NCBI RefSeq assembly: GCF_009914755.1
Contig: NC_060932.1
DNA length: 64,000 bases
DNA from: the human T2T-CHM13v2.0 reference genome, Homo sapiens
Direction: 5' to 3' (one strand)
The translations under genes were made by a program, and so were the position numbers. How positions within the stretch are numbered: the first letter of the stretch is position 1; every line of letters starts with the position of its first letter. This document shows positions 13,301 through 25,026 of this stretch, one piece after another. Below the pieces are notes generated by a model that was given only the letters and a program-made list of their open reading frames with translations, did not search any database and was not told where the DNA came from.

Positions 13301-14989
13301 TATTCCTGTTCTTTCAAGGGCTCTGGGGAGGGCCTTCAATGTAGGGGGGCCAGGCCTAATATCAATTCACTCTTTTTCTACTTCCCCACCCAAGGTATGT
13401 TGTCACCTCATTTCCATGACAAACTCATATGTTCTGGCCATCGTGTCAAAATGCCACCCATGTTTAGTGCCAAAATAGAAAAGAGGGATTTTGTTTGGCT
13501 GAGTTAATATGAATGTATTAAAAATTCCCACATAACAAATGTTGTCTGATTCAACCATTCCATTTCTTCCCAATCCTATTTACTGAGAAGTATACTTTGG
13601 CTCAAATGAGTATTAACAAGGAAATCTATGTTTGTGGTGACTGCTCTGAATGGGCCCCATTCTTACAGAAAGTCTTCTATTATACCAAAAGAAGAAAAAA
13701 AGCCTGATAGGTTGGGGAGAGTAATTCATAGAGAAAGATGTGCTGACAGCTCTGAATTGAACAGCTTTCCTCCTCTAGAGCTTCAACTCCAGTTGGCCCC
13801 CAGGCTCGGGGAACTTACTCACTCACCAGAATCCCAGAACAGCAGTTACATCCAACTAAGTCCTGGAAGTGATTAGAGAAGAGACCTCCTTCCTGAAAAT
13901 GCAGCTTTCAACTAGCTACATGTGGTCTTTTTTTTTTTTTTTTTTTTTTTTTAACTAGTGGGTAGAATAAGATGAGGTTTTCAGACTCCAGGTTTTAATA
14001 AGTCCCTGATTTCTCTATCTACAATGGCCTCTTGTGTTTGGTGCATGATATGTCCAATGGAGCCACCATGTTGAAATAGTTGTGGACTATTCAAGAGCAG
14101 ACTAAAAGCATGAAGCCTATGATGAACTGGGATTAAATATTATCAAGTTGTTGTTTATCATGACGACAAAGCAGAGGGATGGAAGATGAGAGCATAATGA
14201 GGGTTATTTCCTTGATGTGCAGCATGATGAAAAGCAAAGAGCCATGGTTGAGAGAAATAACCATGTTGAATACAGAGGACTGTATTCAAGTCCTAGGTTG
14301 TTGATAAATCTGGATGTCACTTGAAAATGTATTAAGATTAGCTAAGTCTTAGTTCAAGGGAGAAAAACAGGTGCTCCTTGCTGAATTTAGGCACCTGAAT
14401 TTTTATTTAATTTCATTTAATAATTTCATTCATTTATTAATTTTTGCCTTAGATATTCTTTACAACATATGTTTGAATGCTTTAGGCACTGGGCATTCAG
14501 CCATCCAAAAACAGACAAAATCACTTCTGTCATAAAGCTCAAATTCCATTGCAGGGGATGATGGTTGCAGACAACAATTAAATTAAGCAAGTAATGTGTC
14601 AGGAATATAACAGTTATGGCAGAAAGAGCAGTAGATGAATGCTAAATACCAGGATTGTAATTTAAGATCAAGTTATTAAGGAAGGCCTTACTGATCTGGT
14701 GGTATCTGAGCAAGACCTGAGAGAAAAGAGGCATGTCATGGGCATATCTAGGGAGAATATGTTGTCAGAAGAGGGGATGCTGAGAGCCAAGGCCTGAGTG
14801 AATAATGCATTTGGAGTGCCCTAGAGCAGACTGGAGCTTGGGGAAAGTGGTGGGGATGATACTGGAGAGTTAGAGGAGGGAGGCCAGATGACACAGGGCC
14901 TTGTGGCCCATGGCATGGACACTGGCATTTACTCTGAGTGCAATGAGGAACATTTAAAAGGTTTTCTTCAGAAAAGTACAAGACTTCCC

Positions 14990-15465
14990 CCTTTTTATTA
15001 TGATAAATACACACAAGATTTAGCATTTTTATCATTTTAAGTGTAAAGTTCTGTTGCATTAAGTATAATCACATTGTTGTACAACCATCACCATCGTCCA
15101 TCTCTAGAACTGTTTCATCTTCCTAAACTGAAATTCCAATCCCATTAAACACTAACTCCCTGTTACTCCCTCTCCCAGTCCCTGGCAACCACTGTTCTCT
15201 ATGAGTTGGATTACTCTAGGTACTCCACAGATATGGAATCATACAATATTTGTACTTTTGTGAGTGACTTTTTCCACTTACCATAATGTCTTCAAGGTCC
15301 ATCTATGTGGCAGCATGTATCAAAATTTCCTTCCTATTTAAGGTGAGTAATATTCCATTGTATACATATATTGCATTTTGTTTGTCCATTTACCCATCAG
15401 TAAATTCTTGGGTTGCTTCCACCTTTTAGCTATTGTAAATAACCCTGCTATGAACATGGGTGTGC
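14990..15465 (-). mobile_element. L1MB-type LINE-1 3' end
   Basis: ttttaagtgtaaagttctgttgcattaagtataatcacattgttgtacaaccatcacc...gctatgaacatgggtgt. Confidence 0.85.
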
Positions 15466-15957
15466 TACAGTGACTTGGTGTTACAATTTATAATCATTCC
15501 ATATATTTTGACAATCCTGACTTGTGTCTGACAATCTAATCCCATTCTTCCCATCCTGACATGTAGACGCTATATTAATATCCTTTTCCTACCAATCCCC
15601 TCTTTCCCCTTTACCCCTTAAGTAACTCTTTAGGAGATACTTAACCTGAAGTATCCCTGAGCAGACATTTCTCCTGGCTCACCACGGTGCTACAGATGTA
15701 CTGTTGTCAACAATTAACACGGAGACTCTTATTTATAATCTTTTGGAATCTGGGAAATTTTTTAGCAAAGAATTATTTCCATCACTATGACTACTACTAC
15801 TACCATTCATGGGAACTGACACATATTTGTGAAATACTCAGTAAATAGATAAATGGTAACCTGGATCTATTCCCTCAATTATATACATGGAACAATTAAG
15901 CAAAATTTGTCTTAATTTGCTCCTTGTAATTATTGTCATTAGTAACAAGAATCTCTT

Positions 15958-16180
15958 TTTATTATTTTTCTTTTTAACTGACACATAGTATTTGTACATA
16001 CTTATGGAGTAAGTAAAATATGATATTTCCATACATGTGAATAGAATAGCAGTTACCAGTAACTGGGAAGGGGAGGGGGGAAGAGGGGCATGGTAAGAGT
16101 TTGGTCAGCAGATGCAAAGTTACAATTAGAAAGAAAGAATATGTTCTGGTGTCCTATTGCACAGTGACATGATTATAGTC
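15958..16180 (-). mobile_element. Mini L1MA insertion with 5' inversion (about 15958-16038 minus, 16039-16180 plus)
   Basis: Antisense L1MA tail followed by sense 3'UTR (gaatagaatagcagttaccag...aaagttacaattaga...gttctggtgtcctattgcacag). TSD aacaagaaYctctt at 15944-15957 and 16181-16194. Confidence 0.8.
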
Positions 16181-16764
16181 AACAAGAACCTCTTAATTTT
16201 ACAGAATCACTTTGACTACTGTGTTGAAAATACACTGGAGGTTGATAAGTGTAGATGCAAGAAAGTTAGAAAGGCATGGCTAAATCCCAATGAGCAATAA
16301 TGGTAGCTTGGATCAGGGTGGCAACCATGGAGGTGGTGAGAAGGGAGCAGATTATAAAGATACTGTGATGGTAGAGCCAACAGGTTGCTAAATAATCATG
16401 TGGGATGTGGGAGACATTTCCAAACTTTTTAGCCTGAGCAACTGGAGACATGGAGTTGTTATTTACTGAGAACAGAAAAACTGAGAAGTTGGTATGTTTG
16501 GAGAGAGGAAATCTGGAGTTTCTGACACATCAATTTTGAAGTAATTATTAGACATACAAATGGAAGAGTCAAGTAGGCAATTGGGTATTGAAGTCTGGAA
16601 TCCAGAAGAGAGGTTTAGGCTGGAGACTAAGTTTAGAAGTTAGTATTTTTAAAGTATTTGAAACTGCCAGACCAAAATAAGATCAGCTAGAAAATGAGTG
16701 TAGATAAATAAGAAAAGAGGTCTAAGGACTTTCCTAGGGAGATACGAAGACAACAACAAAGAAC

Positions 16765-17455
16765 TCCCTGTTATCTACCCAAAGACATGAAAATCTATGC
16801 CTGTGTCCACACAGAAGCCGACATGCAGACAGTCGTCACAAATTTACTCATAATTGCCAAAAATTGGAAGGAACCAAAATGTCATTCAATAGGTGAAGAA
16901 GTAAATAAACTGTAGTACATCCAGATAATGGAATATTATTCAGTGCTAAAAAGAAATGAACTATCAAGCCAGGATAACACATGGATGAAACTTAAATCCA
17001 ACTTAAATTACCAAGCGAAGGAAGCCAATCTGAAAATGCTACGTACTGTGTGATTCCAACTCTATCACATTCAGGAAAAGGCAAAACTATGGAGACAATA
17101 AAAAGATCAGTGGTTGCCAGGAATTGAGGGGAAGGAGGAGTGAAAACAGAGAACAAAGGATTTTTAGGGAAGTGAAACTACTCTGTATGATGCCATAATG
17201 ATAGGCACATGCATTATGTTCAAATCCATAGAATGTACAATGCCAAGAATGAACCATAATGTAGACTATGGGACTCTGAGTGATATCAGTGTAAGTTCAT
17301 TGATAACAAGTGTATCACTCTGGTGGGGAATGTTGACCATAGGGGAGGCTATGCATGTGTGGGGCAAGTGGTTTATGGAAAATCCTTGTACTTTCTACTC
17401 AGTTTTAGCTGTGAACCTAAAACTGCTGTAAAAAATAAAGTCTACTTCAAAAAAG
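16765..17455 (+). mobile_element. L1MC1/2-like LINE-1 3' end
   Basis: tactcataattgccaaaaattggaag...aaaggcaaaactatggagacaataaaaagatcagtggttgccagg...gaacctaaaactgctgtaaaaaataaagtcta. Confidence 0.85.
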
Positions 17456-17579
17456 AGTATTGAGAAGTGATCTGTGAGTTAGACCCAGGTGAAAGTGACA
17501 TCCCAGAAGTGCAGTCATGGAAGTGACTAAGATATCCAGCTTCAGTGTAACTTGCCTGACTCCCACCCTATTCATCTAA

Positions 17580-18213
17580 ATCAGAGTTTATCAAACCTTT
17601 TCTGTGAAGGTCCAGAGAGTGAATATTTTCAGCTTTGTGGGTTATATGGTCTGTTACAACTGCTCAACATTGCCATTACAGTGCAAAAGCAGCCACAGAC
17701 AATACGTAAATGAATGAGTGATATGGTTGATATGGTTTGGCTTTGTGTCCCCACCCAAATCTCATCTTGAATGAGATATCTCCACATATCCTCTATAGTC
17801 GATAATCCTCATGTGTCATGAGAGGGACCCAGTGGGAAGTAATTAAGTCATGGGGGCATTTACCTCCATGCTGCTGTTCTTTTGATAGCGAGTGAGTTTT
17901 CACAAGATCCGGTGGTTTTATAAGGGGCTTTTCCCCCTTTGCTCAGCACTTCTCCTTGCTGCCATCATGTGAAGAAGGACGTGTTTGCTCCCCCTTCTGC
18001 CATGATTGTTAGTTTCCTGAGGCCTCCTAGCCATGCTGAACTGTGAGTCAATTAAACCTCTTTCCTTTATAAATTACCCAGTCTCAGGTATGTTTTTATT
18101 AGCAGCGTGAGAACAGACTAATACAATGAGCATGGTTGTGTTTCAATAAAACTTATTTAAAAAAACAGGTAGGATGCTGGGTTTGGTCACAGGGCTTTAA
18201 TTTGCCAACCCGG
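17580..18213 (+). mobile_element. MER58A hAT-Charlie transposon split by a THE1 LTR
   Basis: aaaccttttctgtgaaggtccagagagtgaatatttt...gcagccacagacaatacgtaaatgaatgag, resuming after the LTR as catggttgtgtttcaataaaac...tttgccaacc. Confidence 0.8.
17719..18125 (+). mobile_element. THE1C/D solo LTR (MaLR)
   Basis: tgatatggtttggctttgtgtccccacccaaatctcatcttgaa...agcagcgtgagaacagactaataca. 5-bp TSD atgag at 17714-17718 and 18126-18130. The first 9 bp are tandemly duplicated. Confidence 0.92.
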
Positions 18214-19829
18214 ATTTAAAATGGTGGATTTAGGCCAACTGATTCATAAAGCATTAAATTATACCCTAAAAGTGTGCAGGGTCTCTGTTTCTATCTAAGA
18301 CAGCCTAAGAGTAGTTCTAAGCAATTTACATTTGGATTTAGAATGTTGTGAGAAACTGACAGACATACACATCCAAACACACATTTGCTCTTCCTATAAC
18401 AAACCTCAAACTCCTCTTCTATCAGTCCTAGCATCAGAAAATATATAAAAAAGATCCTTTTCCTATGGGTGACAGTTACAGAATTTTCATTTTACAGCTC
18501 TATTCATTTGGCAAATAATCCAGCTGATGTCCCACACTTCCCAAGAATTTATCATGGAAGACACATTTGTACTATCAGAGGAAGAAAGGTGAGAGGTAGA
18601 AAGGTGAGAGCCAGTGCCATATACAGATCTCTGCTTTGTTATTTATCCTTAGGCCTTAACTTATCTGAAAGGAGACCTCTCTATTGAAATGACACATTTT
18701 CTTGTGAAAAACTCGGATATAAAAATGATATGTTCTTACTTACTCCAATCTCTCATCTAAATGATATCCATTTTCAGGAGACTCTTTAAGGAGTCTCAAA
18801 ATTTCCCCAAGCTTCTACTTAGGGTTTGGATAAAGAATCTTTATAACTACAGCAATGCTTCAAGTTCTGCTCCTACCTGTCTGTCATCAGTCCACTACAC
18901 TTTTTGTCTTGGGTTTTACTTGGGCTTCCTCTCTTTGTTCCCTTGAACAAGTAGCAATTTCACCAGGTCCACCTGGCTCTGATTTAGTTCTTCCTGCTGG
19001 AGATGCTCTGTGTGGTAACATTACCTTGGCTCCAAATGAGACCATGGCAACATATCCCTACACTGTCCCAGGTCCCCCAGACATGCTTCCAGGACTTATC
19101 TGAAGAGGATATGGGGCAAAGTGCCAAACACAGTTCAACTCTTCCTGGTACTCAAAACACAGTGATGCATTGCAGCATTTCAGTAGGCTTCTACACATTG
19201 AAATGCCCTTCAAATCATCTTACAGTGTTATTCAACCTCACCATCCATCCTCCTCCCTACATGATAAATAATGGAATTTCAAATTCTCCTTTCTGGGCAT
19301 ATGTCTCTCTCATTAACCATGCTGTATAGACCATACCCAAGGACAGGGCCAGGGATGGCCATGTGAGTAGCAGTAGTAAAATGACCCCTGGTGGACACAA
19401 GAACTGAGGAAGTGAAAGAAATCCAGAGAAGGTAGATCTTGGAAATAAGAACTCACGTGGAGAAAAATCAAGGCTCTTAATACTGTTTCAGTTTCAGTTT
19501 GTATCAGCTGCACAAAAAGCAGACAGATGGCTTTTGGCAGTTGGGTGTCCCAACTGAGTTTAGGCCAGCACTTAGAGTGTGATGTACTGGAAAGGATGGT
19601 CTCCTATTTCTTTAAGATAGAGATGATAAATGGGTCACATTGAGGGGAGATGCTCTCCAGGTACTTCTCCAAATAATTTAAAGACCACTACAAAACAGCC
19701 CTAGATGCCTGTGGTGTCTCTCATGTTTAGGTTTGTGTTTGCGAGGCTAGTGCTCAAAACCAGCTTCCTCTTATTTGAGCTTCGGTTGGGAGTAAGCATC
19801 CCCAAAGTGGTATCTTGGTTGGGGCAACA

Positions 19830-20020
19830 AGGTGCATGGCTAGGAAGCCAGACCTGGATTCAAATCTCTGCTCTGCCACTTTCCATATCTGTGGTTCTGA
19901 ACAAGTTGCCTAACTTTTCTGAGCCTCAGTTTCAACCTTCCCAGGAAGGGGATAATGTTGTCCACTTTGCAGCAGTTTTGAAAGACCTGCAGGCAATATG
20001 GATGAGATTCCTGTCCCATT
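19830..20020 (+). mobile_element. MIR
   Basis: agccagacctggattcaaatctctgctctgccactt...aacaagttgcctaacttttctgagcctcagtttc. Confidence 0.75.
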
Positions 20021-21049
20021 AAAGGGGGCTATGTATTACATAAAAGTAGTACTATTTACAAGGACAAAATTGTATGTAAATATTTATATCTTGATCTTAA
20101 AACGTACATTTGAGAAATGCACATTTTAGAACAAAATATAAATAAATGTCACTATGTTGGCATTCATTAATAGACACAATATTTGCTAGATCCAAACAGT
20201 TTCATTCTCTGTTTAATGAAACATGGCTATCTCCCCAGCTTAGACAAGAATTACCTTACCAGGGATTCTCTGACTTAGAGTTGAAAAGTCCCCAAAGTAT
20301 GTTCACACCTCTGGCATGCTTCTAAGTATCAAAAAAACCCAGGCTTCCAGCACACAAAGAAAGGGCCTTCAATCAAGGTTAGAAGCTTATGAGTTATATT
20401 TTCACCTTTTTTTTTTTACCTTTTCCTTAGTAATGTATCCTTCCCCTCCTTACATATTTAGAAAACCATAACATCTCATTCCTATTTTCATTACTATTCT
20501 CTTATAATTTTCCTTCCCTTGACTTACTACTTGCATAATACATTCTTGTAAGGGATGTGTTACCTAAGGACTTATATTATGCAAAGCTCACATCGCTCAA
20601 AGCATGCTGAGTATTTCTGTTTACCAGCTAAGTGGGAGCAAGAAAGTAAATACATTTTACTGTCTACTGAGTCCTTTAACCTTGGAATTCTCCTCTTCTC
20701 AGTGAATTTTTAATTTGAAAGGTTTCACATTATTTCTAGTTGTATACATAAAACAAGGCTTCCCTAGGGCTTTTGTAATCTCACCATTTCAAATAACATG
20801 ATTCAAATTAGCATAAACTTGATTGTGTTGATACTATTTGGAGAAATTTCTTTCCAATGACCATCCCCTAACTATGTCAGAGAAGATAAGGGTAAAAATT
20901 GCTGGACTTACAGAGACAAAAGGAGCTATAGTCATGACTCAAGTTGTCACCTTTGAGCAGACACAAGGCAAGAGGGAAGAGAACCCTTTGAGGTGTCCGT
21001 AGTTTGTTCCCAAATCTTGCCCAGTCGTGCTCTTATTTTTTATTTAACT

Positions 21050-21270
21050 GAGTTCGGGTTCAACAAACATTTATTACGTGTTTACTATATGCCAAGTACC
21101 CACCAATTACTTTCACATGCATTAGCTCAGACTCTATTATTCTCATTACACAAATTGAAGAAAGAGAAAACAAGGCAAGTTGAGCTTCATAACCAAGATC
21201 ACACACGTTATAAAAAAGCAGAAAGATATTTAAAACCCATGTTTTCTAAACCCAGATCTTTTCAATATTC
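21050..21270 (-). mobile_element. L2 tail/MIR fragment
   Basis: ttcaacaaacatttattacgtgtttactatatgccaag, then tattattctcattacacaaattgaagaa...ccaagatcacac. Confidence 0.55.
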
Positions 21271-21729
21271 TACATACTCCAGCAGCATTTTTTAAAATCT
21301 ACACAGGAATGAGATGTCGGAGGAGGGAATAGAAGGAGAACAGGGGAAATTATAACAGAATGCAGTTTTGAAATCAGAATAATTTATAGTTTTGAATAAA
21401 GTATTAGTTGAGAGGAGAAAAATATCAAGTTGGTTTTAGTTGTTCAGTAGTTGTGATGAACTATGTAGCTCATGTTCCAGCATGAATGTTTTCAGTGTTC
21501 ATCTGGTGGAAAAACACTATCATTCAGTATTTAAGTCAGATATTTATTGTTTTTTATTCATTGCTCATTGGGTCAGTTGGATGATCAGCTAGCTGGCTGG
21601 CTGCCAGGTGACTTGGTGTAAGTCATTCAATTAAAAATAGCTATCCTTAATGCCCAGGCTATCTCAAGATCTTAAGGATTATTACAATAAGAGACCCAGT
21701 CCTGGATAGCACACTATGCCCACATCAAA

Positions 21730-21767
21730 TAGGTAGATGATAGAGATAGACAGATGATAGATAGATA

Positions 21768-21809
<42 letters not shown>
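21730..21809. repeat. Compound (TAGA)n tetranucleotide microsatellite
   Basis: Uninterrupted (TAGA)10 at 21769-21808 with degenerate flanking units. Confidence 0.97.
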
Positions 21810-22544
21810 CAAATAAAACAGCCACAGGGCTCAATGAAGTGAAACATTCTGTGTTTCCTTCCTTCTTCACCTTTTGAATATAGTCCTGCTTAGTTAGGAC
21901 AAAGTTTTAATAATGATACCATGCTCTTAAAACCTGCTCATTCCAAATAACTCTTCTAGCCTGGCCCCACACGTTTCACGAGTTTCACAGCCATATCCGC
22001 TCACCCAACAAAACCACTCCCCAAGAAACATATGCAGGAGGACAGTGAGGAAAGAGCGACCCTACCATATGCACAACTCCAGAGGGCAATGTTAACATTG
22101 CAATCAGTGAATAGGCCCCTAGAGTAGTGAAGGACAGAGGCTGCATTACCATAGGCATCACTATAGCTTCCAACTGGTCCCCATGGCATGACTCCAAGAG
22201 AATATTACAAACTGGATAGAATCTGAAACCTAGAAAGGATCTAAGCAATCGGTCCAATTACCAGACTAAATAGGTGAGGAAATGGTGGCGCTCAGATAAG
22301 TTGGATGAGATTTCTAAACACCGTATACAATGGCAGTGCAAGGGCTAGAACCTATCCCTCTGTGTCATATTCTTCCCAATTCAGACAGTATCTAAAGGGG
22401 CAACAATTAACATGCAATTCCTGTGTGTATAGTTTATCGACTATTTCATTCATTTTATCATTCAGGATGCCTTGTTTATTAAGTACTAACATACTGGCAA
22501 TTTAACTTGAGGAGCTGTGAGGATCTTCTATGCACCAAGGACTG

Positions 22545-22680
22545 TAGCATGGCGTGATGGTTAAGAGTGTGGGAAATGGAGTCATACAGACCCGTGTTTG
22601 AAACCCGCCTCGACATTTACTAGCTCTTTGACCTTTGACAAGTTCAACGTCTGAGTCTTAGTTTCCTCATCTGAGGTCTT
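22545..22680 (+). mobile_element. MIR 5' part
   Basis: gcatggcgtgatggttaagagtgtggga...ctagctctttgacctttgacaag...agtttcctcatctg. Confidence 0.75.
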
Positions 22681-23178
22681 GATGAGCAAGCAGACATTCT
22701 GTCCATCCTGTCTGCATGTACATGTATATCCCATCTGCTTCATCATTCCAGCTCTACTTCCAACCAGTTCAAGCCACAATTAACTCTCATCTGGACTCTT
22801 CCACCGGCCTGCATTCTATACACAGAAGCCATGATGCCCACCAGATTATATAGTTTCATTCTAAAACCCTTCAATGAATACTGCACTCCGAAAAAAATAC
22901 AAATTCTATATTGGCTTCTAAATCTTGCATGGCCGGAAAATTTGCTTCCATCTCTGTCTTCACCCACTGTTTCTGCTCACTACCTCTCATTTCACTGGTC
23001 TTTCTTTGTTTATTGATTTTACAACAGGCAGAGCACTTCTCTGTCTTAGGGGTTTTGCATATGTTGATTTTTCTTTCTAAAACTCTCCCTCCAATTTTAA
23101 AAAGCTAGTACGTTTTCATCCTTCAGCCTCAGCATCCTCTCCCACCACATTATCTAAAGTTGTGCTCTATCTTATCAC

Positions 23179-23440
23179 CATGGTTGCCACATACATAGTG
23201 CAGGTTGTACCTACACAAAGGATATTGTACAAGTTTTACCTATACAAAGGACATTATGTAGGTCATACCTACACAAAGAACATTGTGCACGTTGTACCTA
23301 CACAAAGGCATCCAACCAAGGGAGGTCAGCAGGAATTGAGCTCTAGCCCTCTGCTCCCCAAACTCTGCAGCATATGCTCAGAGAAAGTGTCATATTCTAA
23401 TTTCATTGAAGAGGTATACCATGGACCAACAGTGGCACTG
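23179..23440 (+). mobile_element. MER91A-like hAT-Tip100 element with an internal tandem expansion
   Basis: catggttgccacatacatagtgcaggttgtac...ttctaatttc...ccatggaccaacagtggcactg. Flanks cttatcac and tccatcac resemble a decayed 8-bp TSD. Confidence 0.6.
23198..23310. repeat. 29-bp tandem repeat x~3.9 (gtgcaggttgtacctacacaaaggacatt)
   Basis: Units start at 23198, 23227, 23256 and 23285; no spacers. Confidence 0.92.
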
Positions 23441-24164
23441 TCCATCACCTAATTTATTTCCTCCTTAGAATTGTCCATATTATTTCATTTATGACTTTAT
23501 TAGTTATTAGATTGCTTTCTTATTTATTGGTCTGCCTATTTGAATCCACTGCAGGCAAATAATGATAGGTCCTATATGTTTGTTTCATTTACCATCACTG
23601 AGAATGAACACAAGGGAAATGGTGTTTGACAGAAAACACCAACAGACACAATGAAACTCCTCTGATGGAGGAAACAAATGGGACAATGATGGCTACACAG
23701 AGCAAGAGGCACAGACGCCTAGAGCTAGTGAGAAGAACAAGTTTCCCTGACTTCCATGTCTCACGGAAAACATGAAGCTGACAATGAAACTGCTTGAACA
23801 AAAACAAGATCTCATTAAAACAATTGCCAAATATAACAGTACATTGTGCTCTTATTTATTAAGTGCAGAAAACTGTGTTGTTTATCACCACCAACCCTTA
23901 ACCAACCTCCTCGTAGAGCCACAGCTCCCCTACCATGGTGTTTGCAGGGTGTCCCAGCATCCCCACTCTGCTGTAAGGCCACCCAGTGGTTCCTCTTTTT
24001 TGTTGCTGTGGTTTGAGCCCTCCCACTTTGATATTAGCCTCATTAAAGCAAAGGAAAATAAACCCAAGGTCCTTTTAAGTCTTCGTTTGAGATCACCACT
24101 CTTAACCGCCTCCTGAGACTGTCTTCCCAGCTTTTCTAAATTAATCTCATTAAGATATACCATG

Positions 24165-24640
24165 TCTTCTTTGGAGAAACATCTGTTCAAGTTCTTTGCT
24201 CATTTAGGAAAAGCCAGTCACTGAAGGACAAATATTGCATGATTCCTCCACATGAGGTATCCGTAATAATCAAACTCATGAAAACAAAGAATACAATAGT
24301 GGTTGCCATGGGTGGGGGGTGAGGATGAAAACAGAGAGTTGTTGTTCAGTGGATATAAAGTTTGTCATACTAGAAGAATAAGTTCTAGAGATCTGCTGTA
24401 CAAGACGGTGCCTATAGTTAACAATAAAATATTGTATACTTCAAAATTTATTAAGAAGATAGCTCTCAAGTTAAGTGTCCTTACCACAAAAAAAGAGAAG
24501 GTGTTGGATATATCTATTACCTTCATTGTGGTAATGGTTATCACAAGGATTTGGAACTGTCCAAACTCATCAGATTGAACATATTAAACATGTGTACTTC
24601 TTTGCACATAAATTATACCTCAATAAAGCTGTTAAAAGTA
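24165..24640 (+). mobile_element. L1MA9/10-like 3' end with a short 5'-inverted ORF2 piece (about 24162-24205)
   Basis: Antisense atgtcttctttggagaaacatctgttcaagttctttgctcattt, then sense aagccagtcactgaaggacaaatattgcatgattcc...aattatacctcaataaagctg. TSD aagatRtacYatg at 24152-24164 and 24641-24653. Confidence 0.8.
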
Positions 24641-24859
24641 AAGATGTACTATGAATTCGTCAAGCACCTAGAATTGGAGGTGAGGGGAGTTTTGCAGATA
24701 AGTTTTTATATTATTTGCCATTAAAGAAACTTTATAGTCTTAAATCCTGCCTATTGACATCCTTTTGACAACAGCATCACTTTACCCACTTACAAGGGCC
24801 TGGAACATGGTGGACACTTAATAAATATTTGTGGAATGAATAGAGCATAAGGTGCTTTT

Positions 24860-25026
24860 AACGCCTAGGCCTGGAAGTGGTGCACATTACTCTACCGACA
24901 CTCCATTGGTTAAAACTCAGTCATAGGGACACATTAACTGCAATGGGCATTGAAAAATGTGTCTGGCTTCATTCCCAAGAGAAAAAAGAAATTCATATGG
25001 TTACGAGCTAGCCAATCTTTGCCACA
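24860..25026 (-). mobile_element. MLT1J-like MaLR LTR fragment
   Basis: ggcctggaagtggtgcacattac...ccattggttaaaactcagtcat...ctttgccaca. Confidence 0.6.

Larger units (their letters stand above)
14430..17530 (-). mobile_element. L2a relic in pieces (about 14430-14986, 16195-16760, 17456-17530), interrupted by younger L1s
   Basis: Collinear L2 antisense motifs across the pieces: ggaaggccttactgat, ctgagcaagacctga, gaatcactttgactactgtg, gcctgagcaactggaga, gtctggaatccagaagagagg. Confidence 0.7.
22730..23590 (+). mobile_element. L2 relic (host of the MER91)
   Basis: ttcaagccacaattaactctcatctggact...ctaaaacccttcaatg...ctgtcttaggggttttgcatatgttg...tcatccttcagcctcagc. Confidence 0.6.

Noticed and set aside
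14066-14290. Two similar motifs (ccatgttgaa...ggact..attcaag) ~195 bp apart, the second a 10-bp hairpin at 14266-14289
   Set aside because: Too short and diverged to separate from chance in AT-rich DNA.
15466-15940. Orphan segment as a NUMT or ERV env fragment
   Set aside because: Short hydrophobic translations were seen, but I could not align them convincingly to any mitochondrial or env sequence; left unassigned.
23198-23310. 29-bp repeats as a CRISPR array
   Set aside because: The units are contiguous with no unique spacers, are degenerate, and lie inside a hAT transposon in primate DNA; there are no cas genes.
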